In this document: in pieces, positions 46,950-59,519 of the stretch
Numbering within the stretch: position 1 is the first letter of the stretch
How the letters are laid out: each line of letters begins with the position of its first letter
Assembly: GCF_030028105.1 (NCBI RefSeq)
Contig: NC_092379.1
Location: forward strand, 28,451,821-28,515,820
Length of the DNA: 64,000 nucleotides
From: Mobula birostris
Taxonomy: Eukaryota
Reading direction: 5' to 3'
Program-made: the position numbers and the translations under genes
The notes under the pieces: model-generated
The model's input: the letters and a program-made list of their open reading frames with translations, nothing else
The model's database searches: none
What the model was told of the DNA's origin: nothing

Positions 46950-49900
46950 TTAATTCGCTTATTGAAAACAAAATGGCGGCCGCCGGATGTTCACATCGGG
47001 ATACATTAATTGCCTGGGAACTTATGTGGAAAGAGAATGGCTTGATCTTTCCTCGAAACAATCTCACAAGTTGTGAAACTTCATGGGTTCTTCGAATGTA
47101 AGTAGAGGGTTCACACATCCGAAACTTGTCAGGAAGGCCAGTTGTGAACCAAGATTGGAGGATCAGCCTCCCTGATGGCCATATCTGCGCCAGGTGCACC
47201 GAGTTGCAGCTCCTCAGAGACCGTGTTAGGGATCTGGAGCTGCAGCTTGATGACCTACTGCTTATCAGGGAAAGTGAAGAGGTGATAGACAGGAGCTACA
47301 GGGAAGTAGTCATCCCTAGGCTACAGGAGTCAGAACACTGGGTCACTGTCAAGAGAGGGAAGGGAAATGCCTGGATAGTGGAGAGCACCCCTGTGGCTGT
47401 CCCCCTCAGCAACAAATATCTTGTTCTGGATGCTGTTTGGGGGATGACCTGACGGGGAACGCCCACGGTGACGCTCAGTATCTCTGGCACTGAGCCTGGC
47501 GCTGTTGTGCAGGAGAGAAGGAGGGAGAAGAGAAATGCGGTAGTCGCGGGGGATTCCATAGTCAGGGGAACAAACAGGAGATTCTGTGTGCCTGACAGAG
47601 ATACCCGCATGGTGTGATGCCTCCCAGGTGCCAGGGTACGGGATGTCTCGGATCGGGTCCTGAATATTCTAAAGGTGGGGGGGGGGGGGTGAGCAGCCAG
47701 TTGTCTTGGTACATGTTGGTATCAATGACATAGATAGGACAAAGGAGGAGGTCCTGAAGAGAGATTTCCAGGAGTTAGGAAAAAAGCTGAGAAGCAGGAC
47801 CTCCAGGGTAGTAATCTCGGGATTGCTACCTGTGTCACGTGCTAGCGAGGGCAAGAGTAGTCGGATCAGGCAGATGAATGCGTGGCTGAGAGACTGGTGT
47901 AGGGGGCAGGGCTTCAGATTCTTGGATAATTGGGATCTCTTGTGGGGGAAGTATGACCTGTTCAAAAAGGACAGGCTACACCTGAACCCGAAGGGGACCA
48001 ATATCCTGGCGGGAAAGTTTAATAAAGCTGTTAGGGAGATTGAAACTAATTTGGCAGTGGGATGGGAACCGGAATGATAGAGCGGAGGAAGGGGAAAACA
48101 GACATAAATCTAAGGTAGTGAGCAGTAAAGATGTCAGGGAAGACAGGCCAGGTGAATGGGCAAATTTGTAGCCATTGGGACGAGTTGCAGTGCAATAAAG
48201 TTGCAGTGAAACCAAAGCAAAAAGTAACAAATTCTGGTCTTAAGGTGTTGTACTTAAAAGCACGCAGCATAAGGAATAAGGTGGATGATCTTGTCGTACA
48301 GCTACAGCTTGGCAGGTATGATATTGTGGCCATCACTGAGACCTGGCTAAAGGATGCATGTCTCTGGGAGCTAAACGTCCAAGGATACACGGTGTATCGG
48401 AAGGATAGGAAGGTAGGCAGAGTGGGAGGCGTGGCTTTATTGATAAGAAATGATATTAAATCATTAGAAAGAGGTGATATAGGATCGGAAGGTGCAGAAT
48501 CTTTATGGGTTGAGCTAAGAAATAACAGGGGTAAAAGGACCCTGATGGCAGTTATTTATAGGCTTCCAAACAGCTGTAGGGATGTGGACTACAAATTCCA
48601 ACTGGAAATAGAAAAGGCTTGTCAGAAGTGCAGTGTTATGATAATTGTGGGGGATTTTAACATGCGAGTAGATTGGGAAAATCAGGTCAGCACTGGATCT
48701 CAAGAGAGAGAATTTGTAGAATGTCTGCGAGATGGCTTTTTAGAACAGCTTGTTGTTGAGACTACTAGGGGATCGGCTGTACTGGATTGGGTATTGTGTA
48801 ATGAACCGGAGGTGATTGGAGACATTGAGGTGAAGGAACCCTTAGGAGTCAGTGATCATAACATGATTGAGTTCACTGCGAAATTAGAAAAAGAGAAGCC
48901 GAAATCTGACGTGTCGGTATTTCAGTGGAGTAAAGGAAATTACAGTAGCATGAGAGAGGAACTGTCCAAAGTTGACTGAAAAGAGACACTGGCGGGAAAG
49001 ACAGCAGAGCAGCAGTGGCTGGAGTTTATGCGAGAAATGAGGAATGTGCAAGACAAGTATATTCCAAAAAAGAAGAAATTTTCGAGTGGAAAAAGGATGC
49101 AACCGTGGTTGACAAGAGAAGTCAAAGCCAAAGTTAAAGCAAAAGAGAGGGCATACGGGGAAGCAAAAATTAGTGGGAAGAGAGAGGATTGGGAAGTTTT
49201 TAAAACCTTACCAAAGGAAACCAAGAAAGTCATTAAGAGAGAAAAGATTAACAATGAAATGAAGCTAGCAAATAATATCGAAGAGGATACTAAAAGCTTT
49301 TTCAAGTATATAAAGAGTAAAAGACAGGTGAAAGTAGATATAGGACCGATAGAAAATGATGCTGGAGAAATTGTAATGGGAGATGAGGATATGGCAGAGG
49401 AACTGAACAAGTATTTTGCATCAGTCTTCACTGAGGAAGACAGCAGTATACCTGACACTCAAGGGTGGCAGGGAAGAGAAGTGTGCGCAGTCACAATTAC
49501 GACTGAGAAAGTACTCAGGAAGCTGAATAGGCTAAAGGTAGATAAATCTCCTGGACCATATGGAATGCACCCTCGTGTTCTGAAGGACGTAGTTGTGGAG
49601 ACTGCGGAGGCACTAGCGATGATCTTTCAAAAGCGATAGATTCTGGAATGGTTCTGGAGGACTGGAAGATTACAAATGTCACTCTGCTATTTAAGAAGGG
49701 GCAAGGAAGCAAAAAGGAAATTATAGACCTGTTAGCTTGACATCCATGGTTGAGAAGTTGTTGGAGTCGATTGTCAAGGATGAGGTTACAGAGTACCTGG
49801 AGGCATATGACAAGATAGGCAGAACTCAGCATGGATTCCTTGAAGGAAAATCCTGCCTGACAAACCTATTACAATTTTTTGAGGAAATTACCAGTAGCCT

Positions 49901-51135
49901 AGACAAGGGAGATGCAGTGGATGCTGTATATTTGTATTTTCAGAAGGCCTTTGACAAGATGCCACACATGAGGCTACTTAACAAGATAAGAGCCCATGGA
50001 ATTACAGGAAAGTTACATACTTGGATACAGCGTTGGCTGATTGTCAGGAAACAGAGAGTGGGAATAAAGGGATGCTATTCTGGTTGGCTGCCGGTTACCA
50101 GTGGTGTTCCGCAGCGATCAGTGTTGCGGCCGCTTCATTTTTACATTGTACATCAACGATGTAGATTATGGAATAGATGGCTTTGTGACTAGGTTTGCTG
50201 ACGATACGAAGGTAGGTGGAGGGGCCGGTAGTGCTGAGGAAACGGAGAGTCTGCAGCGAGACTTGGATAGATTGGAAGAATGGGCAGAGAAGTGGCAAAT
50301 GAAGTACAATGTTGGAAACTGTATGGTTATGCACTTTGGCAGAAAAAATAAACGGGCAGACTATTATTTAAATGACGAAAGAATTCAAAGTTCTGAGATG
50401 CAACGGGACTTTGGAGTCCTCGTACAGGATACCCTTAAAGTTAACCTCCAGGTTGAGTCAGTAGTGAAGAAGGCGAATGCAATGTTGGCATTCATTTCTA
50501 GAGGAATAGAGTATAGGAGCAGGGATGTGATGTTGAGGCTCTATAAGGCGCTGGTGAGACCTCACTTGGAGTACTGTGGGCAGTTTTGCTCTCCTTATTT
50601 AAGAAAGGATGTGCTGACGTTGGAGAGGGTACAGAGAAGATTCACTAGAATGATTCCGGGAATGAGAGGGTTAACATATGAGGAACGTTTGTCCGCTCTT
50701 GGACTGTATTCCTTGGAGTTTAGACGAATGAGGGGAGACCCCATAGAAGCATTTCGAATGTTAAAAGGCATGGACAGAGTGGATGTGGCAAAGTTGTTTC
50801 CCATGATGGGTGAGTCTAGCACGAGAGGGCATGACTTAAGGATTGACGGGCGCCCTTTCAGGACAGAAATGCGAAGATTTTTTTTTTTATTCAGAGGGTG
50901 GTGAATTTATGGAATTTGTTGCCACGGGCAGCAGTGGAGGCCAAGTCATTGGGCGTATTTGAGGCACAGATTGATAGGTATCTGTGTAGCTAGGGCATCC
51001 AAGTTTATGGTGAGAAGGCAGGGGAATGGGACTAAATAGGAGAAAATGGATCAGCTCATGATAAAATGGCGGAGCAGTCTCGATGGGCCGAATGACCTAC
51101 TTCTGCTCCTTTGTCTTATGGTCTTATGGTCTTAT
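46950..51135 (+). mobile_element. Near full-length CR1 LINE (ORF1 zinc finger/coiled coil/SGNH esterase; ORF2 APE endonuclease + RT), inactivated
   Basis: CARCTELQLLRDRVRDLELQL, VAGDSIVRG, VHVGINDI..GDHLHLN-like (RLHLNPKG), ARSIRNK..ITETWL..GDFN..LDWVL..SDHN, FADDTK, VRPHLEYC. (CTTATGGT)n tail at 51115-51137. Stops and frameshifts present. Confidence 0.95.
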
Positions 51136-51959
51136 GGATATCCTGTGTAACTGTCTCTCAACCCATGATATTTGTAAATACAACTGGAAACAGCAAATAT
51201 GCAGAAACATATGTTGTGCATGTTTTTGAAAGGAATGGAATTGGACGTTACCATCTGCCACGACAGCCTACAATGCTTCCAATTTACCGATCCGACGTCA
51301 GATCAGTCTTCCAAAGTATGAACTCGTGAAAAGCATCTGGCCCCTTTAAGGTCACTGCACGTGTCCTTCGATCCTTTCCACAGATCTTTAACATCTCCAC
51401 ACTTCAATATAAAATGATTCCATCGAAGTTGCCGCCACTCTAAATGTTAATGAGTTCAACAAGAAGTTGCACCAGACATGCTTTGTAAAGTTTTAATTTG
51501 TATCTCGAGGTGCGCAATCAGGTGAAGAACAGCAACTCAAGTTTGGATGTTGTTGTTCCTGATTCCGCTCCTCTTAAGACTATTTTGGGCTGTAAATTCT
51601 CGCCCTCCACTCCGCCACCACAGGAAACAATCTTTGCACGGCCACCCCATCCAGGCCATTCCACATTCGATGTTTCAATGAGATCCACCTACTCATTCCG
51701 CTGAATTCCCTCGAGTACAGGCACAGAGCAATCGCACCCGCCTCTATGATAAACCGTTCAATCCTGGAATCATTTCCGTGAAACTCCTTTGAAATTTCTT
51801 AAATTACAGCGTATCGTCTCATGGATAGGGCTTCCAAACTGCTCACAATCCTCCATTAGTCCTCAGGAAATGAATGCTAACGTTCCTTTCATAACACAGT
51901 TCCTCTATAATCCAACTACCACATCGTCAGTCCTATCTTCCCGGTTCCCATCTCCCTGT

Positions 51960-52830
51960 CAATTTCTTTGAACCATACAGAACCGCTTTAGCAAACCTAC
52001 CGAAAGGATACTAGTCCCCCTCGGGATTAGGTGTAATCCGTCTATTTTCTACAAGCCGTACCTTTCACAGAAACGATCCCAATGAGGCAGAAATCTGAAC
52101 CCACTGCGCCCTGCGCCTTTCCTCAGTCATGCATTTATATGTCAAATGCTCCTATTTTCACGCTTTCTCACTAGTTGCAGATACACAAATCCAGAGATTA
52201 CTCTCCAGAAGGTCCTGCTTTTCAGCTTTCTACCATACTCCCTGAACTCTTTCTTCAGTACCTCCTCGCAAATCCTATCTGTATCGTTGATGACAACACG
52301 TCTCAAGACCTCTGCTGCTAATCTTGCCCCTTGAGAATGGCGTGGAAGCAATCCGAAACAACTCTGCCTGGAACTTAGAAGATAACGTATTATCCATGAG
52401 TCTCATCCCGTCCATAGAATCTCGAATCTGTTCCTCTAACTATGGAATATCCTATCACTACGGCCGTCTAGTTTACCTCTCATCTCTTCTGAATCTCAGT
52501 GCAGGAGGCTTGGCCGCTGTTTCGCCCACGGTAGCTTGTCCTCATTAACAGTATCAAACACTAGCATATTCATTATGGAGTGGAAAAGGCCACAGGGGTA
52601 CAGTCCCCTACCTTCTCCTGAAGTCACCCAGTTCTCTACCTCCTGCATCTTGAGGGTAACTACCTTCCTGGACCTCCTATATATCGCCTGCTCAGTCTCC
52701 TGTATGAACAGAAGTTCCTGGACCTGAAGCGCTCGTGCTTTCACAAGTCCTCTGAGGAGTTGAACTTCGGTACACCTGGTGCATATATGATTATACGAGA
52801 AGCTGAAGATCTCTCTGAATCTCACGTCTC
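51960..52830 (-). mobile_element. Decayed CR1 ORF1 fragment
   Basis: HICTRCTEVQLLRGLVK..EVENWVT (52496-52825) and VVINDTDRICEEVLKKEFREYGRKLKSRT (52142-52351). Confidence 0.85.
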
Positions 52831-52894
52831 ACACAAAGAATACAATACCTCAACCTGGAACCATTCTCGCTGCTCTATCTACCGGCAGCCGAAG

Positions 52895-52950
52895 AATGAA
52901 GAATGAAGGATAAGAAGAAGAGGAAGAAGAAGAAGAGGAAAAAGAAGAAG
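52895..52950. repeat. (GAA)n-rich simple repeat
   Basis: Direct read. Confidence 0.9.
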
Positions 52951-54856
52951 AAATGTGTCAGGCACTTAGCTCACCCAAGCCTGATGAAACCAATTCAATT
53001 TCTTCCCGCTCCAACAATTGCTGCTACGCTAGCAGTTGCCCTATTTGTATTCGCCCTTTGGGGTTAATGCCGTTTACTGATAGACCGCAGTTCAAAGTTC
53101 CGACAATAGGCTGTTAATAACCATTGTTTTGTACCCGTGGGTTCGAATACTCAGTTCAATTTGGGTAATTTCTCTTTCCACTTATCAGGATCGGTAAAGT
53201 ATTTTCCCCACAAGTTAATAACCAAGGGTCAAATTCAATCTAAAATTGCGGACACCTGAAGGAGGAAGTACGGAACTACAGTTCCGAACTACTCAGATGA
53301 TCTGAAAATAGATATGGAAAGAAAGAGTTTTCAGGCCTCTCATCTACACGTTATTTTGAAGTTGTTAAAACGCACGAACTCTTCGTCTGAACAGTGGCTT
53401 TTGAACACCGGATACTGGTGCTGACGTCCAGTGGCGAACAAGGATGAGAAAGTCTAGTAATGAGGGTCTCCTCAAATCAATATAATGAGAAAAACATTTT
53501 GTTACTGAAACGAATTGCAACAGCGCATTCTTTTTTCCGAATTCCTGAACGAGATACAGACACCTTTTGAACAGAAAAAAACATGAGAGTGTCAACACCC
53601 ACCCTGACAACCTCAACGCCACTGAGATACAGACACGGTTGTGAGTGCAATATTCGTCTCCAGAAGAGTGAAACAACGCAAATCATTTGGACGGGTTGGT
53701 GTCGGAGGCCATGACCTTAGATATTGCACAGTTCAGCTGGCGGCTTCTTTTCAAACGTTTTGAGCCTCTCATTGTTTTAACCTGATTCTCTCATCTGCCT
53801 TTAGAATACAACCATCCGATCCGCACCTATGAAAAAACATTGTAACACATGACCCCGAGAATTCATTCCGATCTGTACTGATGCACAGTACAATGTTCTC
53901 TATATGGAAGCATTTTCTTGCCCCAGTCTGCAAGAAACTCCAGAGTAATGGGCACAATTCAATGATTTCAAACTCAAGGATTTCAAACAATGATAATGTC
54001 TATATTTTGGCCACCTGGGTAAAGCTGTCAGCAAAGGCAAACGCTTCAACCACTTCTAATATTTTCGCTTTTTTTCCACGCATCGGAAAGAAGATCCAGG
54101 GTAAACGGCAGCACCTACCATGCCGACAAATGCGCAATGATTTTTGAACATACATTGACCTGGTTGTGACTTTGCACTTTTTCATCTACCTGCAGTGCAC
54201 TTTGACTGTAGCTGCTACATTCTATTCTGCCTCTTTCCGTTTCGCTCTTTTTTTCCCTCTCCTTCTCACTGCTCCCGCCTACACAGCATGAGGAAATGAC
54301 TACAGTCATAGCAACCGTAAATTACGTCATGTAACACGTAGTCACTTTATGAGCATATCAACTTAAATTATAAGTAGATGTCGTAACATCATTTAATGTA
54401 GCGCATTCCCACTAGTCATGCACACTAACTACCCATTTACCCCCACTCTTTACTTTCCTTTCCTGGTCCATAGATTCTAGCTGTATCTTTATTTTGATCA
54501 GTTGTGTTTTGATGTGATGTTGGATCCATTGCTGTCTTGAAATGTACAGTTTCTGCATTTGCAAGTTCCTCCCTCATCTTCACTGTAAAAGCCTCTAAAA
54601 TCTCTGCCAAGGTTGTCAAAAACGATGCCCAGCACAAATATCAGGGAGGTACGGATTTGTAGATAAACGGGGAAAATGGACTTTCACGCAGATCTTTTGC
54701 GAATATGTTTCACATTCTTAAGTCGATCAGGTGACCGTGGAGGATTTGTGTGTGAGTCCCTGGCAGTTTTCCGGCAAAGGGCCCCCACTAGCGCGTGCTC
54801 ATTGTATAACGGAGGTCCAATTTTGTGCGGAGTCGTCATCGCCTTCCAATACTGTG

Positions 54857-54928
54857 GGCTTTATGGCACAAAGATACACGGCAGAGTCCGACAAGAGCTC
54901 CCGAAATCTTCAAATGACCTATCTTATT
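54857..54928 (-). pseudogene. 3' remnant of a V (duplicate of 57265 V) retaining an intact RSS
   Basis: HLKISGAL/DSAVYLCAIK with a 2-nt deletion. RSS CACAGTA (54850-54856) + 23 + ACAAAATTG (54818-54826). Confidence 0.9.
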
Positions 54929-57225
54929 GATAGAATCGACGAAAATTTGCAACGACAAACAAACATCCAAAGAGCAAACGGCCGCAATATATGCAAATAC
55001 AAAACGAAAAAAAAAGGAAATGATAGTAAGTAAAAAACTATGTCAAAAACTCTGAGAACAAAAGTTGCAGCGTCCTTGAAAGTGAGTCCATAGGCTGTGG
55101 AAACGATTCATTGTTGGAGTGAGTGAAGTTATCTACTCTGGTTCAAGAGACTGTTGGGTGAGGGGCAACAGCTGTTTCTGAACCTAAGTGGATCTAAGTC
55201 TCATGTGCCTCCTTCCTGATGGCAGTATGGAGAGGAGAACATGATCTGAATGGTGGTAGTCCTTTATGATGGAAGCTGCCTTCCTCCTTGTTCATTGGTG
55301 GGGAGAGCTTTACCTGTGATGAACTACGCTGTATTCACAACTTCTTGTAGGATCAGGAATAACTTCTCTCGTTTGAGCAGCACACTTAGAGCCGAACGCT
55401 TAGGTGTCTATGCTGACCCTCAGCAATATGGTCGTGCATCATTTTTACTTTCACTGCGACTTGCCCTGTACTGAGAGCCTACTCAGTTCAATTTGGGTAA
55501 TTTCACTTTCTACTTACCAGGATCGGTAAAATGTATTTTCCCCACAAGTTAATGAACCAAGGGTCAAATTCAATTTAAAATTGCGGACACTTGAAGGAGG
55601 AAGTATGGAACTACAGTTCCGAACTACTCAGATGATCTGAAAATAGATATGGAAAGAAACAGTTTTCAAGCCTCTCATTTACACGTCATTTTGAAGTTGT
55701 TAAAGCTCACAAGCTTTCCGTCTACAGAGTGAATTTTAAACACCGGATACTTGTTCTGATGGTCAGTGGCGAACCAGGATGAGAAAATCTAGTTACGAGG
55801 GTGCCCACAAGTCAATATAATGAGAAAAGCATTTTGTTACTGAAAGAAGTGCAACAGCGCACTCTTTTTCCGACTTCCTGAACGCGTTACAGAGATGTTT
55901 TGAGCAGGAGGAAATTACAGTGTCAACACCCACCCTGACAACGTCAATGCCACTGAAACCGCAGAAACGGTTGTGAGTGTAATATTCGTCTCTAGGAGAG
56001 TGAAACAACGCAAGCCATTTAGACGGGATGGTGTCGGAGGCCATGACCTTAGATAGTGCGCAGTTCAGCTGGCGGCTTCTTTTCAAAGGTTTTGAGCCTC
56101 TCATTGTTTTAACCTGATTCTCTCACCTGCTCTAAAAATACAACCATCGATTCCGCACCTATGAAAAACATTGTAACGCATGACCCCGACAACTCATTCC
56201 GATTTGTACTTATGAATAATACAATGCTCTCTATATGGAGGCATTTTCTTGCCCCAGCCTGCAAGAAACTTCAGAGTAGGACACAATTCAATGATTTCAA
56301 ACTCAAGGATTTCAAACGGTGATTATGTCTATATTTTCGCCACCTGGGTAAAGGTGTCAACAAAGGCAAACACTTCAACCACTTCTAATATTTTCTTTTC
56401 TGTTCCACTTATCGGGAAGAAGATATAGGGTGAAGGGCAGCACCTACCATGCCGACATGTTATTGCACAATGTTTTTTTTTAAATGTACATTGACCTTGT
56501 TGTGACTTTGCACTTTTACATCTACCTGCAGTGCGCTTTCTCTGCAGCAGTTACATTCTATTCTGCTTCCTTTCAGTTCCTTCTGTTTCCCTCTCCCTCT
56601 CACTGCTCTTCTACACAGCGTGAGAAAATGGCGACCATAATAGGAACCGCGAATTACGTCACCTAACACGTAGACCCTTAATGAACATATCGGCTTAAAT
56701 TATCAGTAGATGTCGGAACATAATTTAATGTAGCGCATCCCCACTAGTCATACATAGCTAATACCCATTTATCACCAGTCTTTGCTTTCCTCTCCTGGGC
56801 CCTAGAGTCTAGCTGAATCTTTACTTTGATCAGTTATGTTTTGATGTGATATCGGATCCATTGTTGTCTTGATATGCACAGTTTCTGCATTTGCAAGTTC
56901 CTCCCTCATCTTCACTGTAAGAGTCTCAAACATCTCGGCCAAAGTTGTCAAAGGCGATGTCCAGCAAAAATATCAGGGAGATATGGATTTGTGCATAAAC
57001 GGGGAAAAGAGACTTCCATGTGTGGGAAATGTTTATTCACTTTTCAGTTTGTGCAACCTGGTACACATTCACTTGACGGATAGTTCCTTAAACCTGCATA
57101 TCTTTTGCGAATATGTTTCTCATGCTTCAGTTGATCACGTGACCGTGGAGGATTTGTGTGTGAGTCGCTGGCAGCTTTCCGGCAAAGGGCCCACACTGGC
57201 GGGCGCTCACTGTATTACTGAGGTC

Positions 57226-57264
57226 CAATTTTGTGCAGAGCTGTCATCGCCTTGCAATACTGTG
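57226..57264 (-). other. 23-RSS of intact V
   Basis: CACAGTA (57258-57264), 23-nt spacer, ACAAAATTG (57226-57234). Confidence 0.93.
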
Positions 57265-57697
57265 GGCTTCATAGCACAAAGATACACGGCGGAGTCCGAC
57301 ACAAGAGCTCCAGAAATCTTCGAATGAGCCATCTTGTTGGCTCTCTGCCAACCAGCGGTAAACCTTGCCGGACATTCTGGATGCCGTACCACTTCTCCGG
57401 TGCTGCGTACCATTAGCAAACATTTTGGAGATTCCACGTGATTCTTGACGTACCAATAAATATTGGCAGGAATGCCGGTGTAATTACATTTTATTGTTAC
57501 ACTTTGTTCTTCCACAACCGTTAATTCAGTCGGCCATTGTGTCACGGAATCTTTCCCAATTGTTGCTGCAATCAAAGGACAAAATGTATGAACAAATCGA
57601 GCTTTCTCCGGACATAAGGGACAGATTCGGGCCGTTACCGCGGAGACTCACCGGGCATCATAATCAATATATTCAGCAGAGAATACAGAAAATCCAT
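57265..57697 (-). CDS. Apparently functional TCR alpha/delta V segment (leader 57652-57697, intron 57566-57651, V exon 57265-57565)
   Basis: Leader MDFLYSLLNILIMMP with G|GTGAGT donor. Open V: TIGKDSVTQWPTELTVVEEQSVTIKCNYTGIPANIYWYVKNHVESPKCLLMVRSTGEVVRHPECPARFTAGWQRANKMAHSKISGALVSDSAVYLCAMK. The conserved hydrophobic FR3 Leu is Ser here (HSKIS vs HLYIS). Confidence 0.92.
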
Positions 57698-58384
57698 GCT
57701 GTCTGGTTTCAAACTCGATCGAAAGACATTTTTCTTGCAGTACAGTAAGTTAATATACTTGACTGAAATTGAAGAGTCAAATCAGACTTGCTGCATATTT
57801 CAGCTTGCGCGAATCTGGGGGCGGTGCCCTGCCAATGGTTTTGATTGGTTGTGAGTACCGAACTGATCCACTAATCAGAGTAAGGCTAGTTTCAATCATC
57901 TGGCTGTTTTTGATTGCCTTTATAACCCTTTCTATCTCGTATTTGACCTTCGCAATGTTTCCCTATTTTCACTCATTTACTATCTCATTCATTATTTACC
58001 ACACTTTTTCCCGCTCCTTCTTCCTTGCTCTTCCACTGCACCTCTCTCTCTCTGTCGCTCTATATATGCCTTTCATCATATTCATCCATGTCCTTCCATT
58101 TTTCATTCCCTCCTGTGACACTCATTTTCTTCCATCGATGCTTCCTCCAGTTTCACTCGCGTGGCTTCCCTCAATCTCGCTCGTTCCTTACACTTTGTCT
58201 TTCCCTCTTCCATTCCTTTCTATTCAATTGTTCTCTTACCCCGCTTTCTCTCACTATCTCCTTCCTTTCCTCTTGCTCTCTCTTCCCATTTCTCATTCTC
58301 TCGTTCCTTCCGTCCAGCTCACTCTGTCACGCTTTTTCTACCCCAAGCTCTGAACTTTTTTTTTAATTTATTTAGCGGTAGTTT

Positions 58385-58620
58385 GCGGAATAGACCCTTC
58401 GCCTCTCGCGCTCCCAGACCCTAACCTAATCCCAGCGGAAATTACAATGGCTTATTAACCTACTTATTTGTTCATTTTTGACTGTAAGTGGAAACAGGGG
58501 AAGCCGGAGAAAGCCCGGGCATTCCAAAGGGTGGACCTACAGACCCTTTACTGATGAGCAGAACGGAACAGCGAAATCCATGCCCGGAGCTGGAAATAGC
58601 GCCGCGCCACGACTATACTA
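58385..58620 (-). mobile_element. SINE-like fragment
   Basis: acaatggcttattaacctac..ttgactgtaagtggaaacagggga resembles the conserved core of fish/shark V-SINE-type elements (recalled, not searched). Confidence 0.45.
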
Positions 58621-59079
58621 TGGTGGCTGGACTTCAATCCCTCTCTCACATTCTTCTTCGACTGAGTCGCCCTTTCTCTGTTTCTTGCTCCTCCCCTGTC
58701 CCTATCTCTCCTTACTGCTCAATCGAAAACCATCTCTCTCGCTCTCTCACTTCATTGTTCATACGTCTCTTCTATTCACTTTCTCACTATCGTTCCTAAC
58801 CTCACTCTTTCTCCCCCCCCCCCAATTTTCCTCACCATATAAGTCCCCCTACCTTTCCCATGGATTTCATTCTGTCCTCTGCAAGCTCGCCATCGCAATT
58901 CACACCTGACCCAATTCTCCGCTCCGCAAACGGGGAACAGACAATAAAGAAAACCTATTCCGTGGGGAGCGGGAGTGGGATATGTGCTTTCTGTAAGCAT
59001 CTCTTTTCCTCTACGCTTCAGCCTTTTCTCTCCGGGGAAGACGTTGTCACCCGACACTCGTAGAGGGGCCAGGTTTGAT

Positions 59080-59450
59080 TGAAAAACCTACAAATGCTAA
59101 AAGTCCAAATCAACGCACAAAACTCTGGAGGAAGAGAGCGTGTCAGGCAGCATCTATGAAGAAATGTAAATAGTCGGTGATTCGGTGTGAGACCCTTCTT
59201 CAGGACTGAGAAGGGAGGATAGTGAAGGTGGAGGGAGGGGAAAGAGGTTGACTGAGAGGTAACATGTGAAATCATGCTGACAAAGGCCAAGGGCTGGAGA
59301 AGAAGTTTCTGATAGGAGAGCAGATTGGACAGCAGGAGACTTGGAAGGATAAGGATACACAAGGGGAAGTAATAGTCAGGTGAGGAGTAAAAGGTCAGAA
59401 TGGGGAATAGAATAATTGGGAGTTGGTGGTAATTTGTTCACTCCGAAGAA
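59080..59450 (-). mobile_element. Penelope 3'/pLTR fragment with hammerhead-like motif
   Basis: Minus strand at 59172-59206 reads cCTGAAGAagggtctcacaccGAATcaccgac, with the flanking pLTR text ..gatgctgcctgac... Confidence 0.75.
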
Positions 59451-59519
59451 GTCATCATACTATGAGGTGTTTGTAACCTTACAGAGTTTACTTTTTCCTT
59501 CTTACTTTACCTAATATAG

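Larger units (their letters stand above)
53148..57330. repeat. Tandem segmental duplication: copy A 53148-54928, copy B 55481-57330, separated by a Rex1-type fragment (54930-55480)
   Basis: Both copies start actcagttcaatttgggtaattt and align continuously by eye through the RSS and V 3' end. Confidence 0.93.

Noticed and set aside
53160-53240. Possible J segment (donor-like GGTAAGT on minus; also 55505)
   Set aside because: No FGxG motif and no 12-RSS upstream.
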